Below are positions 1 through 9,915 of a stretch of DNA of 50,408 bases, piece by piece. The notes below the pieces were generated by a model. The model did no database searches, was not told the origin of the DNA, and saw nothing but the letters and a program-made list of their open reading frames with translations. The first letter of the stretch is position 1. Each line of letters starts with the position of its first letter. Location: contig JASGDW010000102.1 of the NCBI GenBank assembly GCA_047606965.1, positions 1 through 50,408 of the forward strand, in the 5' to 3' direction. Both the position numbers and the translations under genes were made by a program. This DNA comes from Microbacterium sp. GTDB taxonomy: Bacteria > Actinomycetota > Actinomycetes > Actinomycetales > Microbacteriaceae.

Positions 1-34
1 AGATCCGGACGCCACCGTTGTCGGCGTAGGGCAT
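1..34 (-). CDS. 5' end of a probable alpha/beta-fold hydrolase (runs off the window edge)
   Basis: ATG at 34 reads MPYADNGGVRI, a typical alpha/beta hydrolase N-terminus. Purine-rich SD (GAGAGGAAGG) lies upstream, and the gene is directly downstream of the MFS gene on the same strand. Only 11 codons are visible. Confidence 0.5.
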   Translation of the reverse strand, partial: MPYADNGGVRI

Positions 35-68
35 CGTCTTCCTTCCTCTCCCGGCCTCGCCGGGGGCC

Positions 69-1343
69 TCAGCGGATCTTCCTCACCAGGAACACCAGCA
101 CGCCGCCCACGACGGATGCGGCGATGCCGAACACGAACAGCGACGAGTACGACGTCGTCACCAGGATCAGCCAGGCCGCGACCGCGGGGGCGAATGCCGA
201 GGGCACGGAGGTCGCGATCGCGAGCAGACCCAGGTCGCGGCCCTCGTCACCCGAGCTGGGGAGGACGAGCGACATCAGCGCGAGATCGACGGCGAAGTAC
301 ACCCCGGAGGAGGCGCCCAGCACAACCGCGTAGATCAGCATCCCCGTCCACGTGGGGAGCAGGAGCGGGATCGCGAAGCCGACGGCCATGCCAAGAGAGC
401 TCAGGCCCACGACGAGCTTGCGCCGGTCGAGCTTGTCCGCGACCCAGCCGACGATCGCGACGGCGACCACCTGCGCGACGGTGCTGACGCTCGCGATCAG
501 CCCGACCGCCTCGCCGGCGCTGCCCAGCGGGACGTTGTCCATCCCGATGTGGTCGGTGACGATGTAGAAGGTGTAGGTCTGCACCGCGAAGATCCCGAAG
601 AAGAACACAATGCGGCTGAGGAAGACGAGCGTGAAGTCGCGGTCGGCGAACGAGGCGAACTGCGCGAGGACGCGCTTGAGGAACGGACCGGAGGGGCGCG
701 CGGCGCTGTGGGGGGCGTCCACGGAGCTGCTGTCGGGCGCCCCGAGGACGAACAGCACGGTCGCCACGAGCAGGCCCACCGCCAGCAGCAGATAGCCCAC
801 TTCCTGGGAGGTGCGGGAGACCACGTTCACGGCCGCGAGCACGCCCAGCGGCAGCGCGAGTCCGATGAGGGAGGATGCGGTGCCGCGCAGTCGCTCCGGC
901 ACCCGGTCGGGCACGACGGCGTAGATCACGCCCTGGTACCAGTTCATCACGAACCAGAGCGCGCCGTACACGATGGCGAGACCCGCGATCGAGGCCATGA
1001 ACCCCATGCCGACGCACAACGCAGCGGCCAGCACCGCCGCCACGGCCAGCCAGGGCGCACGCCGTCCGAACCTGCTGCGGGTGCGGTCGGAGATCGCCCC
1101 GCCCAGAGGCAGGGCGATCGTCGCCGCGACCGATGAGACGATCGAGAGCACGGCGAGGTTCGCCACCTTCGCGGCCTCGTCGATCGCCTCGACCTGGGCG
1201 GGGAGCAGAACCTGCTGGATCCCCTGATATACGCCGTACATCGCCAGCATGGCCGGCAGGATCAGCACCAGATTCCGCTTGCGGAACCTGCCCTGCTCGG
1301 CCGGCGGGTTCAGCGGATCGACGTCCACAGGCGCCTCACTCAT
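69..1343 (-). CDS. MFS transporter (12-TM, MFS_1 type)
   Basis: Motif A GAISDRTRSRFGRR and second-half GWVADKLDRRK, with about 12 hydrophobic segments. Start re-picked at ATG 1343 (MSEAPVD) behind an AAGGAGG SD. Confidence 0.9.
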   Translation of the reverse strand: MSEAPVDVDPLNPPAEQGRFRKRNLVLILPAMLAMYGVYQGIQQVLLPAQVEAIDEAAKVANLAVLSIVSSVAATIALPLGGAISDRTRSRFGRRAPWLAVAAVLAAALCVGMGFMASIAGLAIVYGALWFVMNWYQGVIYAVVPDRVPERLRGTASSLIGLALPLGVLAAVNVVSRTSQEVGYLLLAVGLLVATVLFVLGAPDSSSVDAPHSAARPSGPFLKRVLAQFASFADRDFTLVFLSRIVFFFGIFAVQTYTFYIVTDHIGMDNVPLGSAGEAVGLIASVSTVAQVVAVAIVGWVADKLDRRKLVVGLSSLGMAVGFAIPLLLPTWTGMLIYAVVLGASSGVYFAVDLALMSLVLPSSGDEGRDLGLLAIATSVPSAFAPAVAAWLILVTTSYSSLFVFGIAASVVGGVLVFLVRKIR

Positions 1344-1385
1344 CGATGACCTCCTTGTCGCCGCACCTCCCGTAGGTACGTCATC

Positions 1386-1403
1386 CATATGTTATTACAT
1401 ATG
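1386..1403. promoter_or_regulatory. Palindromic operator CATATGT-TATT-ACATATG (TGT-N4-ACA core), candidate IolR site upstream of the MFS gene
   Basis: Perfect 7-bp arms in an AT-rich patch between the transaldolase stop and the MFS start. The core resembles the boxes at 10896, 10991 and 18581. Confidence 0.65.
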
Positions 1404-1440
1404 CCCGGATGTGTCGAGCATCTCTCGGCCCTCCCGCACG

Positions 1441-2520
1441 TCATTCCGCGGGGACGATCACGTCGCGCACGAGAGCGTCGAGCTGCGCGTCGGCGTCGAG
1501 GAACTGCCGCAGGGTGTGACGGGCCGCGCCGAAGCCGGAGAACTCCTCGACCGCCATCCCGTCGGGTTCGTAGGCGCGCCGGAACTCGCCGAGCGTCTCC
1601 AGCTCGGCGAGCACGGCCGCCTCGACGGGCACATCGATACGGGACGCCGCCGGGATCGCGTTCGCGTTGATCGACTCTTGCCAGGCGAACGGCGGCGAGA
1701 CCACGAGGTCCCCGCCGACCAGCTCCGACCAGTGCAGAAAGCTGCGGAAGGCGGCCGAGAGGATGCGACTGCGATACCCGCGCTCGGTGAAGATCGCGTA
1801 GGCGCGCTTGATCGCCGCGACCCCCGCCCAGTCGAGCACCCCGGGCGTGGTCAGGACGCCCCGGCTCGCCGTCCAGGCTTTCAGCCAGTCGTCCAGCCGC
1901 CCACCCATGATCGTGACGACGTGTCCGAACTCCCGCTCGGGCAGCCCGTCGGCGGTCCGACGATCCAGCGCGCGCTCGATCGCCTCACCGACGGCGAGCG
2001 CCTGCGGCACCGAGAAGCTGAGGGTCGCGTTGATGCTCACCCCCCGATAGGCGGCCTCCTCCATCGCCGCGATGCCGGTGGCGGTCGCGGGGATCTTCAC
2101 GATGACGTTCTCGGCGAGCCCGGCGAACTCCACCGCCTGCGCCACCAGGGCGTCGCGGTCGCGGTGCAGGCGGGGATCGGTCTGGATCGAGATCCGGCCG
2201 TCGCGTCCGCCGCTGGCCTCGAACGCGGGCCGCAGCAGCGCCGCCGCCTCGACCGAGAGGTCCTTGACCGCCTGCCAGCCGATCTGCGACTCGCCCCAGG
2301 TCGGATGCGCCGCGGCGATCTCGGCGATGCGCGGGCCCCACACCTCCGGGCGTCGGCTGATGGCGGTGTAGGCGATCACCGGGTTGCAGGTCGCACCGAC
2401 CGCGCCGAAGGCGATCGACCGGCGCAGCTCTTCGGGATCCGCCGAGTCGTTCCACAGCACGGTGCGCGTGGTCGCCGCGGCGCGCGCAAGCGGGGCTAGA
2501 TCGGAGGCGGTGGGGGTCAT
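1441..2520 (-). CDS. Transaldolase family protein
   Basis: WNDSA, GATCNP, Schiff-base lysine region VIVKIPAT and INATLSFS. Last gene of the iol operon. Confidence 0.85.
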   Translation of the reverse strand: MTPTASDLAPLARAAATTRTVLWNDSADPEELRRSIAFGAVGATCNPVIAYTAISRRPEVWGPRIAEIAAAHPTWGESQIGWQAVKDLSVEAAALLRPAFEASGGRDGRISIQTDPRLHRDRDALVAQAVEFAGLAENVIVKIPATATGIAAMEEAAYRGVSINATLSFSVPQALAVGEAIERALDRRTADGLPEREFGHVVTIMGGRLDDWLKAWTASRGVLTTPGVLDWAGVAAIKRAYAIFTERGYRSRILSAAFRSFLHWSELVGGDLVVSPPFAWQESINANAIPAASRIDVPVEAAVLAELETLGEFRRAYEPDGMAVEEFSGFGAARHTLRQFLDADAQLDALVRDVIVPAE

Positions 2521-2567
2521 GGGGGGTTCCTCTCTCAGACGGATCGGCTCAGATGGATCGGCGCGGC

Positions 2568-3575
2568 TCAGCGCAGATCGACGGCCACGGTCACGCCCTC
2601 GCTCGCCGAACGCTGGGCGGCGTCGGCGAGCACGAGCGCAGCCCGCCCGTCCTCGAAGGTGGGACTCGCGGAGGCCTCGCCACGGACCAGCTTGACGAAC
2701 TCGGCGAGCTCAGCCGCGTAGGCGAGCGCGTAGCGCTCCAGGAAGAAGTCCTGATAGCGCGGACGGGCCTCCACGGCATCCGCGGTGGAGAGGCTGACCA
2801 GGCTCGTCCCGGCGTTGGCGACCTGCAGCAGGCCCGTCGAACCGAAGGCCTCCAGGCGCTGGTCGTAGCCGTAGGCGCTGTGCCGGGAGTTGGTGATCGT
2901 CGCGATCGCCCCGGACGCGGCGCGCAGCACCGTCACCGCGGTGTCGAAGTCGCCATGCTCGCGGGCACCCTCGTCGAAGGTCCTCGAACCGGTCGCGCTG
3001 ACCTCCACGATCTCCGGCAGGAAGAAACGCGCCATGTCGAAGTCGTGGATCGTCATGTCGCGGAAGATCCCGCCGGAGACGGCGACGTAGGCGGCCGGGG
3101 GCGCCGCCGGGTCGCGGCTGACGATCGAGAGCTGCTCGAGCTCACCGATCTCCCCCGCCGCGACGCGCGCACGCACCGAGGCGAAGGCAGGGTCGAAGCG
3201 ACGATTGAACCCGAGGGCCACCGGGACGCCCGCCGCCGCCACCCGCGGGCGCAGAGCGTCGACGCGGGCGATGTCCAGATCGATCGGCTTCTCGCACAGC
3301 ACGGGGATGCCGGCGTCGATCGCCTGCGCGATGAGGTCGATGTGCGTCGGGGTCGGCGAGGCGATCAGCACCGCATCCACCTCGCCGGAGGCGAAGATCT
3401 CCTCGGCGTCGTCGGTCACGGTGCCCCCGTACCTCGCGGCGACGGCGTGTGCGCCCTCGACGAAGGGATCGGCGACCCGGGACAGCACGGCGTCCGGGGA
3501 GGCGGCAATGCTCGCCGCATGCACCTGGCCGATGCGGCCGGTGCCGATGAGCCCGAAACGAAGGGGGGTGGTCAC
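2568..3575 (-). CDS. iolG: Inositol 2-dehydrogenase (Gfo/Idh/MocA family)
   Basis: GLIGTGRIG, CEKP, GFNRRFDP, SRDP, GGIFRDMTIHDFD and YGYDQRLE motifs; iol operon context; GTG start. Confidence 0.92.
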   Translation of the reverse strand: MTTPLRFGLIGTGRIGQVHAASIAASPDAVLSRVADPFVEGAHAVAARYGGTVTDDAEEIFASGEVDAVLIASPTPTHIDLIAQAIDAGIPVLCEKPIDLDIARVDALRPRVAAAGVPVALGFNRRFDPAFASVRARVAAGEIGELEQLSIVSRDPAAPPAAYVAVSGGIFRDMTIHDFDMARFFLPEIVEVSATGSRTFDEGAREHGDFDTAVTVLRAASGAIATITNSRHSAYGYDQRLEAFGSTGLLQVANAGTSLVSLSTADAVEARPRYQDFFLERYALAYAAELAEFVKLVRGEASASPTFEDGRAALVLADAAQRSASEGVTVAVDLR

Positions 3576-3599
3576 GTCTGCGTGTCCTTTCTGTGGGGC

Positions 3600-4517
3600 T
3601 CAGACCCAGCGGCGCAAGGCGTCGCGGTTGAGTCGCTGGTCGGCCGCGCGGGCGGCACGGAAGTCGTCGAGCGCGATGTCGGGGCCGTTGAGCACGTCCT
3701 GCTCGACGACGATCCAGCCCTCGAAGCCCTGGGCGGAGATCGCGTCCATCACGGCGTCCACGTCGATGTCGCCGCGGCCGAAGGCGACGAAGGCGCCGGA
3801 GGACCACACCTCGGCCATGCCGCCGCCCGCCGCGAGCACCCGGCGCAGCTCGGCGAGGTCGACGTCCTTCAGATGCAGGTGGTTGATGCGCGAGCCCCAG
3901 CGTTCCACCGCCTGAAGGGGGTCGCCGCCACCGATCAGCAGATGCCCCGTGTCGAGCGTCAGGTCCACATCGGTATCGCGGAGGAACCGGTCGATCTCCT
4001 CGGGGGATTCGACGAAGGTGCCCGCATGGTGGTGGAAGGTCGGCTCCAGGCCCGCGGCCCGGATGACGCCCGCGGCACGCTCGACGTTGCGGAACAGGCT
4101 CTGCCACGACGCGTCCGCGAGCGGGTCGACCTCGGCGCCGTGCCCGGGTGCGGCGCGACGGGTCGTCGAGCCGTCGTCCGCGAGGGTCGGCAACGGCAGG
4201 CGCGACGGGCCGTGCTCGGCCACCTCGCAGAACACGCGCAGCGCCTCGCCGAACGACGGAAGCGAGGCCTCGAAGGCCTCGTCGTCGGAGAACGGCAGCT
4301 GCACCCAGCCGCCGGCGAGCTCGAGACCGTGCGCGGCGAGCCGGGAGCTCAGCGTCGCCCCCTCGCCGAGGTAGCCGACCGGCCCGAGGTCGACGCCGCC
4401 ATAGCCGGCCTCTGCCAGGAGCTCCAGCAGATCGTCGGGGCGCACGGTCTCGGCCCCCTCCGGGGTCATCTCGAAGACCCCGAAGCTGACGGGCGCACCC
4501 GCGACGGTCGCGTTCAT
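3600..4517 (-). CDS. iolE: Myo-inosose-2 dehydratase-like TIM-barrel protein
   Basis: AGAPVSFGVFE, HHHAGTFVE, DTGH, HLHLKD and WIVVEQD. ATG 4517 overlaps the iolD stop (ATGA). Confidence 0.75.
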   Translation of the reverse strand: MNATVAGAPVSFGVFEMTPEGAETVRPDDLLELLAEAGYGGVDLGPVGYLGEGATLSSRLAAHGLELAGGWVQLPFSDDEAFEASLPSFGEALRVFCEVAEHGPSRLPLPTLADDGSTTRRAAPGHGAEVDPLADASWQSLFRNVERAAGVIRAAGLEPTFHHHAGTFVESPEEIDRFLRDTDVDLTLDTGHLLIGGGDPLQAVERWGSRINHLHLKDVDLAELRRVLAAGGGMAEVWSSGAFVAFGRGDIDVDAVMDAISAQGFEGWIVVEQDVLNGPDIALDDFRAARAADQRLNRDALRRWV

Positions 4518-6442
4518 GCCTCGTCCCGCTCTCCCAGGAGCGGACGCTGCGGCACGCGAAGGTGCTCGTACTCCGCTCGGGCGCGCTGCGTCCACAGCAG
4601 CGTCGACACCTCGGGCACGGGAACGTCCCACCATCCCTCGCCGTCGGGCGCGTAGACCAGGGGGTCGCTGTTGATGTGGATGAGCGTGGACCGCGAGGAC
4701 GCCTTGGCCGCGGCCACCGCGGCCGAGAGCTCCTCGACGGCGGCGGCGCCCGGAGCGATCTCGACGACGTCGACGCCGTAGCTGCGGGCGTTCGCGGCCA
4801 GATCGACCGGAAGCACCTGCTCGCCCTGGAAGTTGCGTGCCTGCGGATCGTAGGCACGGTACTGCGTGCCGAAGCGGCCCGAGCCGACCGTCTCGGAGAG
4901 GTGTCCGATGGAGGCGAAGCCGTGGTTCTGCACGAGCACCACGATGATCTTCAGCCCCTCGGCCACCGCCGTGACCAGCTCGGTGTGCAGCATCAGGTAA
5001 GAGCCGTCGCCGACCATGACGATGACGTCCCGATCGTCACCGAGCGCATCGAGGCCACGACGCACGCCCAGGCCACCGGCGATCTCATAGCCCATGCAGC
5101 TGAAGCCGTATTCGACGTGGTAGCCGAGGACGTCCCGCACCCGCCACAGCTTGTGCAGATCGCCCGGGAGCGAGCCCGCCGCCTGGACGATGACATCCTC
5201 CGGGGCGGAGGCGCTGTGCACGGCGCCGATGATCTCGGGCTGCCCGGGAAGCTCGGCGCCGGTGGGGGCGAGCGCGGTATCCACCACGGCATCCCAGGCC
5301 CGCTTCTCGCGGTCGATGCGCTCGGCGTAATCCGGCTCGACACGGTAGCCCGCGAGGGCACCGGCGAGCGCGACGAGCGTCTCGCGCGCGTCCGCGACGA
5401 TCGGCAGCTGCGAGCCGTGCTTGTGGGCGTCGAAGGAGGCGACGTTGACGTTGACGAAGCGCACGCGGGGGTTCTGGAACACCGTGCGCGAGGCGGTCGT
5501 GAAGTCGCTGTAGCGCGTGCCGACCCCGATGACGACGTCGGCCTCCGCCGCCAGGCGGTTCGCGGCCGTGCTCCCGGTCGCCCCGACGCCGCCGAGGTAT
5601 TGCGGGTGGTCCCAGCGCAGGGCGCCGCCGCCGGCCTGGGTCGTGCTCACCGGGATGCCGGTGGCCTCGGCGAGGGCGCGCAGCGCGTCTTCGGCGCCGG
5701 AGTAGATCACGCCTCCCCCGGCGACGATGAGCGGGCGCTTCGCGGCGGTGACCACCTGGACGGCGCGCGCGAGCGGACCCGCCTCGGGCAGCGGTCGGCG
5801 GATGTGCCATTCGCGGTCCTGCAGGAACTCCAGCGGCACCTCCAGCGCCTCCGCCTGCACGTCCTCCGGCAGCGCGATCGTGACCGCGCCGGTCTCGGCG
5901 GGATCGGTGAGCACCCGCAGCGCGGACAGGGCGATCGAGAAGAGCTGCTCGGGCCGTTGCACCCGGTCGAAGAAACGCGACAGCGGGCGGAACGCGTCGG
6001 TGACCTGCAGCCCGAGGTCGTGGGGATGCTCGAGCTGCTGCAGCACCGGGTCGGCCACGCGGGTGGCGAAGGTGTCGGACGGCAGCAGCAGCACGGGGAG
6101 CCGGTTGGCGGTGGCCAGCGCCGCCCCCGTGAGCATGTTGGCGGCGCCCGGTCCAACGGATGCCGTGGACGCGTAGGTGCCCCGGCGGCGGTGCATCCGC
6201 GCGTAGCCGACCGCCTGGTGAACCATCGCCTGCTCGTTGCGGGCCTGGCGGTAGGGCATCAGATCGGGCTGTTCGAGGTTCAGCTGGGCGAGGGCCTGCC
6301 CGACACCGGCGACGTTGCCGTGGCCGAAGATGCCGGACACCCCGGCGATCGTTCGCTCGCGCACCTCTGCGTCGACGGTCCACTGGTGGGCCAGGAACTC
6401 GATCAGCGCCTGACCGACCGTCATCGTCCTCGTCGCCGCCAT
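4514..6442 (-). CDS. iolD: 3D-(3,5/4)-trihydroxycyclohexane-1,2-dione acylhydrolase (TPP-dependent)
   Basis: GIFGHGNVAG, RNEQAM, EYGFSCMGYEI, TPP motif GDGSY...N and WWDVPVPEVS. Confidence 0.95.
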   Translation of the reverse strand: MAATRTMTVGQALIEFLAHQWTVDAEVRERTIAGVSGIFGHGNVAGVGQALAQLNLEQPDLMPYRQARNEQAMVHQAVGYARMHRRRGTYASTASVGPGAANMLTGAALATANRLPVLLLPSDTFATRVADPVLQQLEHPHDLGLQVTDAFRPLSRFFDRVQRPEQLFSIALSALRVLTDPAETGAVTIALPEDVQAEALEVPLEFLQDREWHIRRPLPEAGPLARAVQVVTAAKRPLIVAGGGVIYSGAEDALRALAEATGIPVSTTQAGGGALRWDHPQYLGGVGATGSTAANRLAAEADVVIGVGTRYSDFTTASRTVFQNPRVRFVNVNVASFDAHKHGSQLPIVADARETLVALAGALAGYRVEPDYAERIDREKRAWDAVVDTALAPTGAELPGQPEIIGAVHSASAPEDVIVQAAGSLPGDLHKLWRVRDVLGYHVEYGFSCMGYEIAGGLGVRRGLDALGDDRDVIVMVGDGSYLMLHTELVTAVAEGLKIIVVLVQNHGFASIGHLSETVGSGRFGTQYRAYDPQARNFQGEQVLPVDLAANARSYGVDVVEIAPGAAAVEELSAAVAAAKASSRSTLIHINSDPLVYAPDGEGWWDVPVPEVSTLLWTQRARAEYEHLRVPQRPLLGERDEA

Positions 6443-7362
6443 CAGTCTCGACCCTCCTTCTCGTCACCGGTGTAGGGCAGTCGCCCGTCGAGCTCCTGGC
6501 CTTCCCAGGAGCCTCGCACCCACGCGTGCGCGGGATCGTCGCTGATGAGCCAGACCCTCTCCGGGTCCGGGCCCGCCATCACGTTGAGGTAATAGAGGTC
6601 GTACCCGGGGGCGGCGACCGCGGGCCCGTGGTAGCCGCGGGGCACGAGAGCGATGTCGCCGGTGCGCACCATCGCGTCGATCTCGATGGGGCCCGCGGGC
6701 GAGGAGTACGTGCTGAACAGGCCGAACGCGGCATCCGCGGTGCCGCCTGTGGTCCCCCGCGCGGGCGCGGACTCGAAGTAGTAGATCTCCTCGAGCCGTG
6801 ACTCGCGCCCCGGCAGGTTCTCGTCGTGCTTGTGCGGCGGATAGGAGGACCAGTTCTCGGCCGGGGTGATGACCTCGCAGACGATGAGCTTGGCCGCGTC
6901 CAGCGCCTCGGGCGTGCCGAAGTTGTGCACCTGACGGCTGGAGGCGCCGGCGCCACGCAGCTCGACGGGGGTCTCGGCGGCGGAGAGGTGCCGGAACGGT
7001 CTGCGCTCCCGGGTGGGCGCCTCGGCGACCGCGACCCGCCCGGTCCCCTCGATCCGGCCGTTGGCGCCCGAGGGCAGGTAGAGCACGTCGGTGGAGCCGT
7101 CGAAGACGGAGCGTCGTCCGGCGAGGACGCTCTCCCCCGCCTCGGCGTGCCCGGCGTGCGTCACCGTGAAGCCGCCCGACAGCGGCACCACGAGGCGCTC
7201 CACCCCCGTCTCGTCGAGGACGAGTCGCTCGCCCGCGCCGAGGGCGGCCACGCGCAGGCCGGTGTGCGCCCAGCCGGGGATGCTCGCGTCGACGACGCTC
7301 TCCCAGCCACCGCGGGCCAGGGCGCCGCGACGGTGGAACCAACGGGGTTCGGTGGTGCTCAT
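6442..7362 (-). CDS. iolB: 5-deoxy-glucuronate isomerase
   Basis: EVITPAENWSSYPPHKHD, LEEIYYF, GYHGP and YYLNVMAGP. Start re-picked at ATG 7362 (MSTTEPRW). Confidence 0.95.
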   Translation of the reverse strand: MSTTEPRWFHRRGALARGGWESVVDASIPGWAHTGLRVAALGAGERLVLDETGVERLVVPLSGGFTVTHAGHAEAGESVLAGRRSVFDGSTDVLYLPSGANGRIEGTGRVAVAEAPTRERRPFRHLSAAETPVELRGAGASSRQVHNFGTPEALDAAKLIVCEVITPAENWSSYPPHKHDENLPGRESRLEEIYYFESAPARGTTGGTADAAFGLFSTYSSPAGPIEIDAMVRTGDIALVPRGYHGPAVAAPGYDLYYLNVMAGPDPERVWLISDDPAHAWVRGSWEGQELDGRLPYTGDEKEGRD

Positions 7363-7438
7363 GATCGTGCTCTCGGGGACGGATGGAGCGGACGGGTGGA
7401 ACGGGTGCCGCCGACAGACGGGGCTGGCATCCGGGTCA

Positions 7439-8971
7439 TCAGTCGTTCTGGGGGAAGCCGAGATCGATGCCGCCGTGCGTGGCGGGGTCGAGCCAGCGGC
7501 TGGTGATCGCCTTCTCACGGGTGAAGAAGTCGAAGCCGTGCACGCCGTAGGCCTTGGCGTCGCCGAACAGCGAGGACTTCCATCCGCCGAAGGAGTGGTA
7601 CGCCACCGGCACCGGGATCGGCACGTTGATGCCGATCATCCCGACCTGCACCTCGCTCTGGAACCGCCGAGCCGCGCCGCCGTCGTTCGTGAAGATCGCG
7701 GTGCCGTTGCCGAACCGGCCGGAGTTGATGAGGTCCAGCCCCTCCTGGAAGCTCTCCACACGCACCACCTCGAGCACCGGACCGAAGATCTCCTCGGTGT
7801 AGGCGCGAGAGGTCGTGGGCACCTCGTCGATCAGGGTCGGGCCGAAGAAGAAGCCGTCTTCGCGGCCGGCGACCGTGAACCCGCGGCCGTCGACGACGAT
7901 CGTGGCCCCGTCGGCCTCGGCGATGTCGACGTAGGAGGAGACCTTGTCACGGTGGGCACCCGTGATCAACGGCCCCATGTCGGGCTCGACGCCGTCGACA
8001 CCGGCGCCGTCGCCGATGCGCAGCTTCGCGATGCGCTCGGTGATCTTGCCGATCAGGTCGTCGGCGACCTTCCCGACCGCGATCACCACGCTGATCGCCA
8101 TGCAACGCTCGCCGGCCGCGCCGTACCCGGCGTTGACCGCCTGGTCGGCGACGAGGTCGAGATCGGCGTCCGGGAGCACCAGCATGTGGTTCTTCGCACC
8201 GCCCAGCGCCTGCACGCGCTTGCCGTTGCGGGATGCGGTCTCGTAGATGTACTGCGCGATCGGGGTGGAGCCCACGAAGGAGATCGACTGCACGACGGGG
8301 CTGTGAAGCAGGCCGTCGACCGCGAGCTTGTCTCCCTGGAGCACGGTGAACACGCCGTCGGGAAGGCCCGCCTCCTTCCACAGCCGCGCCAGCCACAGCG
8401 AGGCGGAGGGGTCCTTCTCGCTGGGCTTGACGACGACCGCGTTGCCCGCGGCGATCGCGATCGGGAAGAACCACAGCGGGACCATCGCGGGGAAGTTGAA
8501 CGGCGAGATGATCCCGACCACGCCCAGCGGCTGCTTCAGCGAGTAGACGTCGATGCCGGTGGAGGCGCTCTCGGAGTAAGCCCCCTTGAGCAGATGCGGA
8601 AAACCGGTCGCGAGCTCCACGACCTCCTGCCCGCGCAGGATCTCGCCCAGCGCGTCGGAGAGCACCTTTCCGTGCTCGGCGGTGATGATCGCGGCGAGCT
8701 CGGACCTGCGCGCGTTCAGCAGCTCGCGGAAGGCGAACAGCACGCTCTGACGCTTCGCGATCGAGTATCGGCTCCACACCGCGAAACCGCGCGCGGCGGA
8801 GGCGATCGCCTCGTCGATCTGCTCCTGGTCGGCGAGCGCCACCTCGGCCTGGACGGCGCCGGTGGCCGGGTTGTACACCGGGGAGGTGCGCCCGCTGCCG
8901 TCGGCGCGGACGACGCCGTCGATCCAGTGCCCGATGACGGGGATCCCCGCGGCGGTCTCGGTCGTGCTCAT
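7439..8971 (-). CDS. iolA: CoA-acylating (methyl)malonate-semialdehyde dehydrogenase (IolA/MmsA)
   Basis: PFNFPAMVP, KPSEKDP, FVGST, GGAKNH, GERCMA, EEIFGPV and GINVPIPVP. Start ATG 8971 behind an AAGGAG SD. Confidence 0.93.
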   Translation of the reverse strand: MSTTETAAGIPVIGHWIDGVVRADGSGRTSPVYNPATGAVQAEVALADQEQIDEAIASAARGFAVWSRYSIAKRQSVLFAFRELLNARRSELAAIITAEHGKVLSDALGEILRGQEVVELATGFPHLLKGAYSESASTGIDVYSLKQPLGVVGIISPFNFPAMVPLWFFPIAIAAGNAVVVKPSEKDPSASLWLARLWKEAGLPDGVFTVLQGDKLAVDGLLHSPVVQSISFVGSTPIAQYIYETASRNGKRVQALGGAKNHMLVLPDADLDLVADQAVNAGYGAAGERCMAISVVIAVGKVADDLIGKITERIAKLRIGDGAGVDGVEPDMGPLITGAHRDKVSSYVDIAEADGATIVVDGRGFTVAGREDGFFFGPTLIDEVPTTSRAYTEEIFGPVLEVVRVESFQEGLDLINSGRFGNGTAIFTNDGGAARRFQSEVQVGMIGINVPIPVPVAYHSFGGWKSSLFGDAKAYGVHGFDFFTREKAITSRWLDPATHGGIDLGFPQND

Positions 8972-8991
8972 GTGGTTGTCTCCTTGGTCGA

Positions 8992-9915
8992 TCAGAGGTC
9001 GGTGTGGACGAGGCCGGCGGCGATGTCCACCGCCGCCGCGACGTCGCCGTCGGGCGGGTAGAGCAGGGTGCGCCCGACCGTGAGCCCGCGGACGCCGGGG
9101 AGGGAGAGCGCGTCCTCCCAGCTCGCGAAGGTCTCGTCGGGCTCCGCGCCCGAGTCGCCTCCCAGCAGCAGGGTCGGCATCGTGGTGGCCTCCATGACGC
9201 GCTCCATCCCCTCCACGACGGGCAGCTTCATCCAGGTGTACGCGCTGCTCGCACCCAGGCCCGCCGCGATCGCGATCGAGAGGACGACCGCGTCCGTCGA
9301 CAGGTCGTTCACGATCCTCCCGTCGACCCAGCGGCTGAGGAAGGGCTCGAGCATGATCGGCAGACCCGCGTCCGCCGCGGCCGTGACCGCGCGGGCGGTC
9401 GCTTCCAGCGTGTCCGGCGTTCTCGGGTCCTCCAGCCCCACCCGCAGCAACGTCTTGGCGAAGTCGATGCCGTCGCGCACCATGGTCTTCACGTCGTAGC
9501 CCGTGAAACGGTCGTCCAGCTCGAAGCACGAGCCGCGAAGCCCTCCTCGGTTCATCGAGCCGACGATGAGCTTGTCCTCGAGCAGCCCCAGCGCGACGAG
9601 ATCGTCGATCAGGTCGGGTGTGCCCAGGACGCCGTCGACGCCGGGTCTTCCCAGTGCGGTCGCGAGGCGGTCGAGCAGGTCGTAGCGGTCGGCCATGGCG
9701 TCCGGGTCGCCCCCGACGGCGAGCGCGCCGCGGGCGGGGTGATCGGCGGCGACGATGAACAGGCGCCCGTCCTCCCGGAGGACGTCGCGTCGCGAGCGCG
9801 TCGCGAAGGCGCGCGCGATCTGCTGCGGCCCGTGCGCACGCAGGTCCCGCAGCCGGGCGAAGTCGTCCGCCGTCAGCGTCCGCAGTCGGCTTGTCCGATC
9901 ATCTGCCACGGTCAC
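8992..9915 (-). CDS. Cgl0159-like (DUF2090-related) class I aldolase-fold protein, probable IolJ substitute
   Basis: AADHPARG, GSMNRGGL, FELDDRFTGY, MLEPF, WMKLP and GLTVGRTLLYP. GTG 9915 overlaps the iolC stop (GTGA). Confidence 0.75.
   Translation of the reverse strand: MTVADDRTSRLRTLTADDFARLRDLRAHGPQQIARAFATRSRRDVLREDGRLFIVAADHPARGALAVGGDPDAMADRYDLLDRLATALGRPGVDGVLGTPDLIDDLVALGLLEDKLIVGSMNRGGLRGSCFELDDRFTGYDVKTMVRDGIDFAKTLLRVGLEDPRTPDTLEATARAVTAAADAGLPIMLEPFLSRWVDGRIVNDLSTDAVVLSIAIAAGLGASSAYTWMKLPVVEGMERVMEATTMPTLLLGGDSGAEPDETFASWEDALSLPGVRGLTVGRTLLYPPDGDVAAAVDIAAGLVHTDL

Noticed and set aside
2553-9061. Long plus-strand ORFs (2553-4655, 4562-6475, 7091-9061) and many similar ones across the window
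   Set aside because: Antisense or alternate-frame shadows of well-supported genes, expected at high GC because stop codons are rare. They are Arg/Gly/Ala-rich with no motifs.
7439-9529. ORF-track N-terminal extensions that look like fusions (iolA 696 aa, 14130-16832 900 aa, 22793-24922 709 aa, 27401-29383 660 aa, 18778-20517 579 aa)
   Set aside because: The extensions overlap upstream genes out of frame. Internal starts with an SD or stop/start overlap give normal-length proteins.
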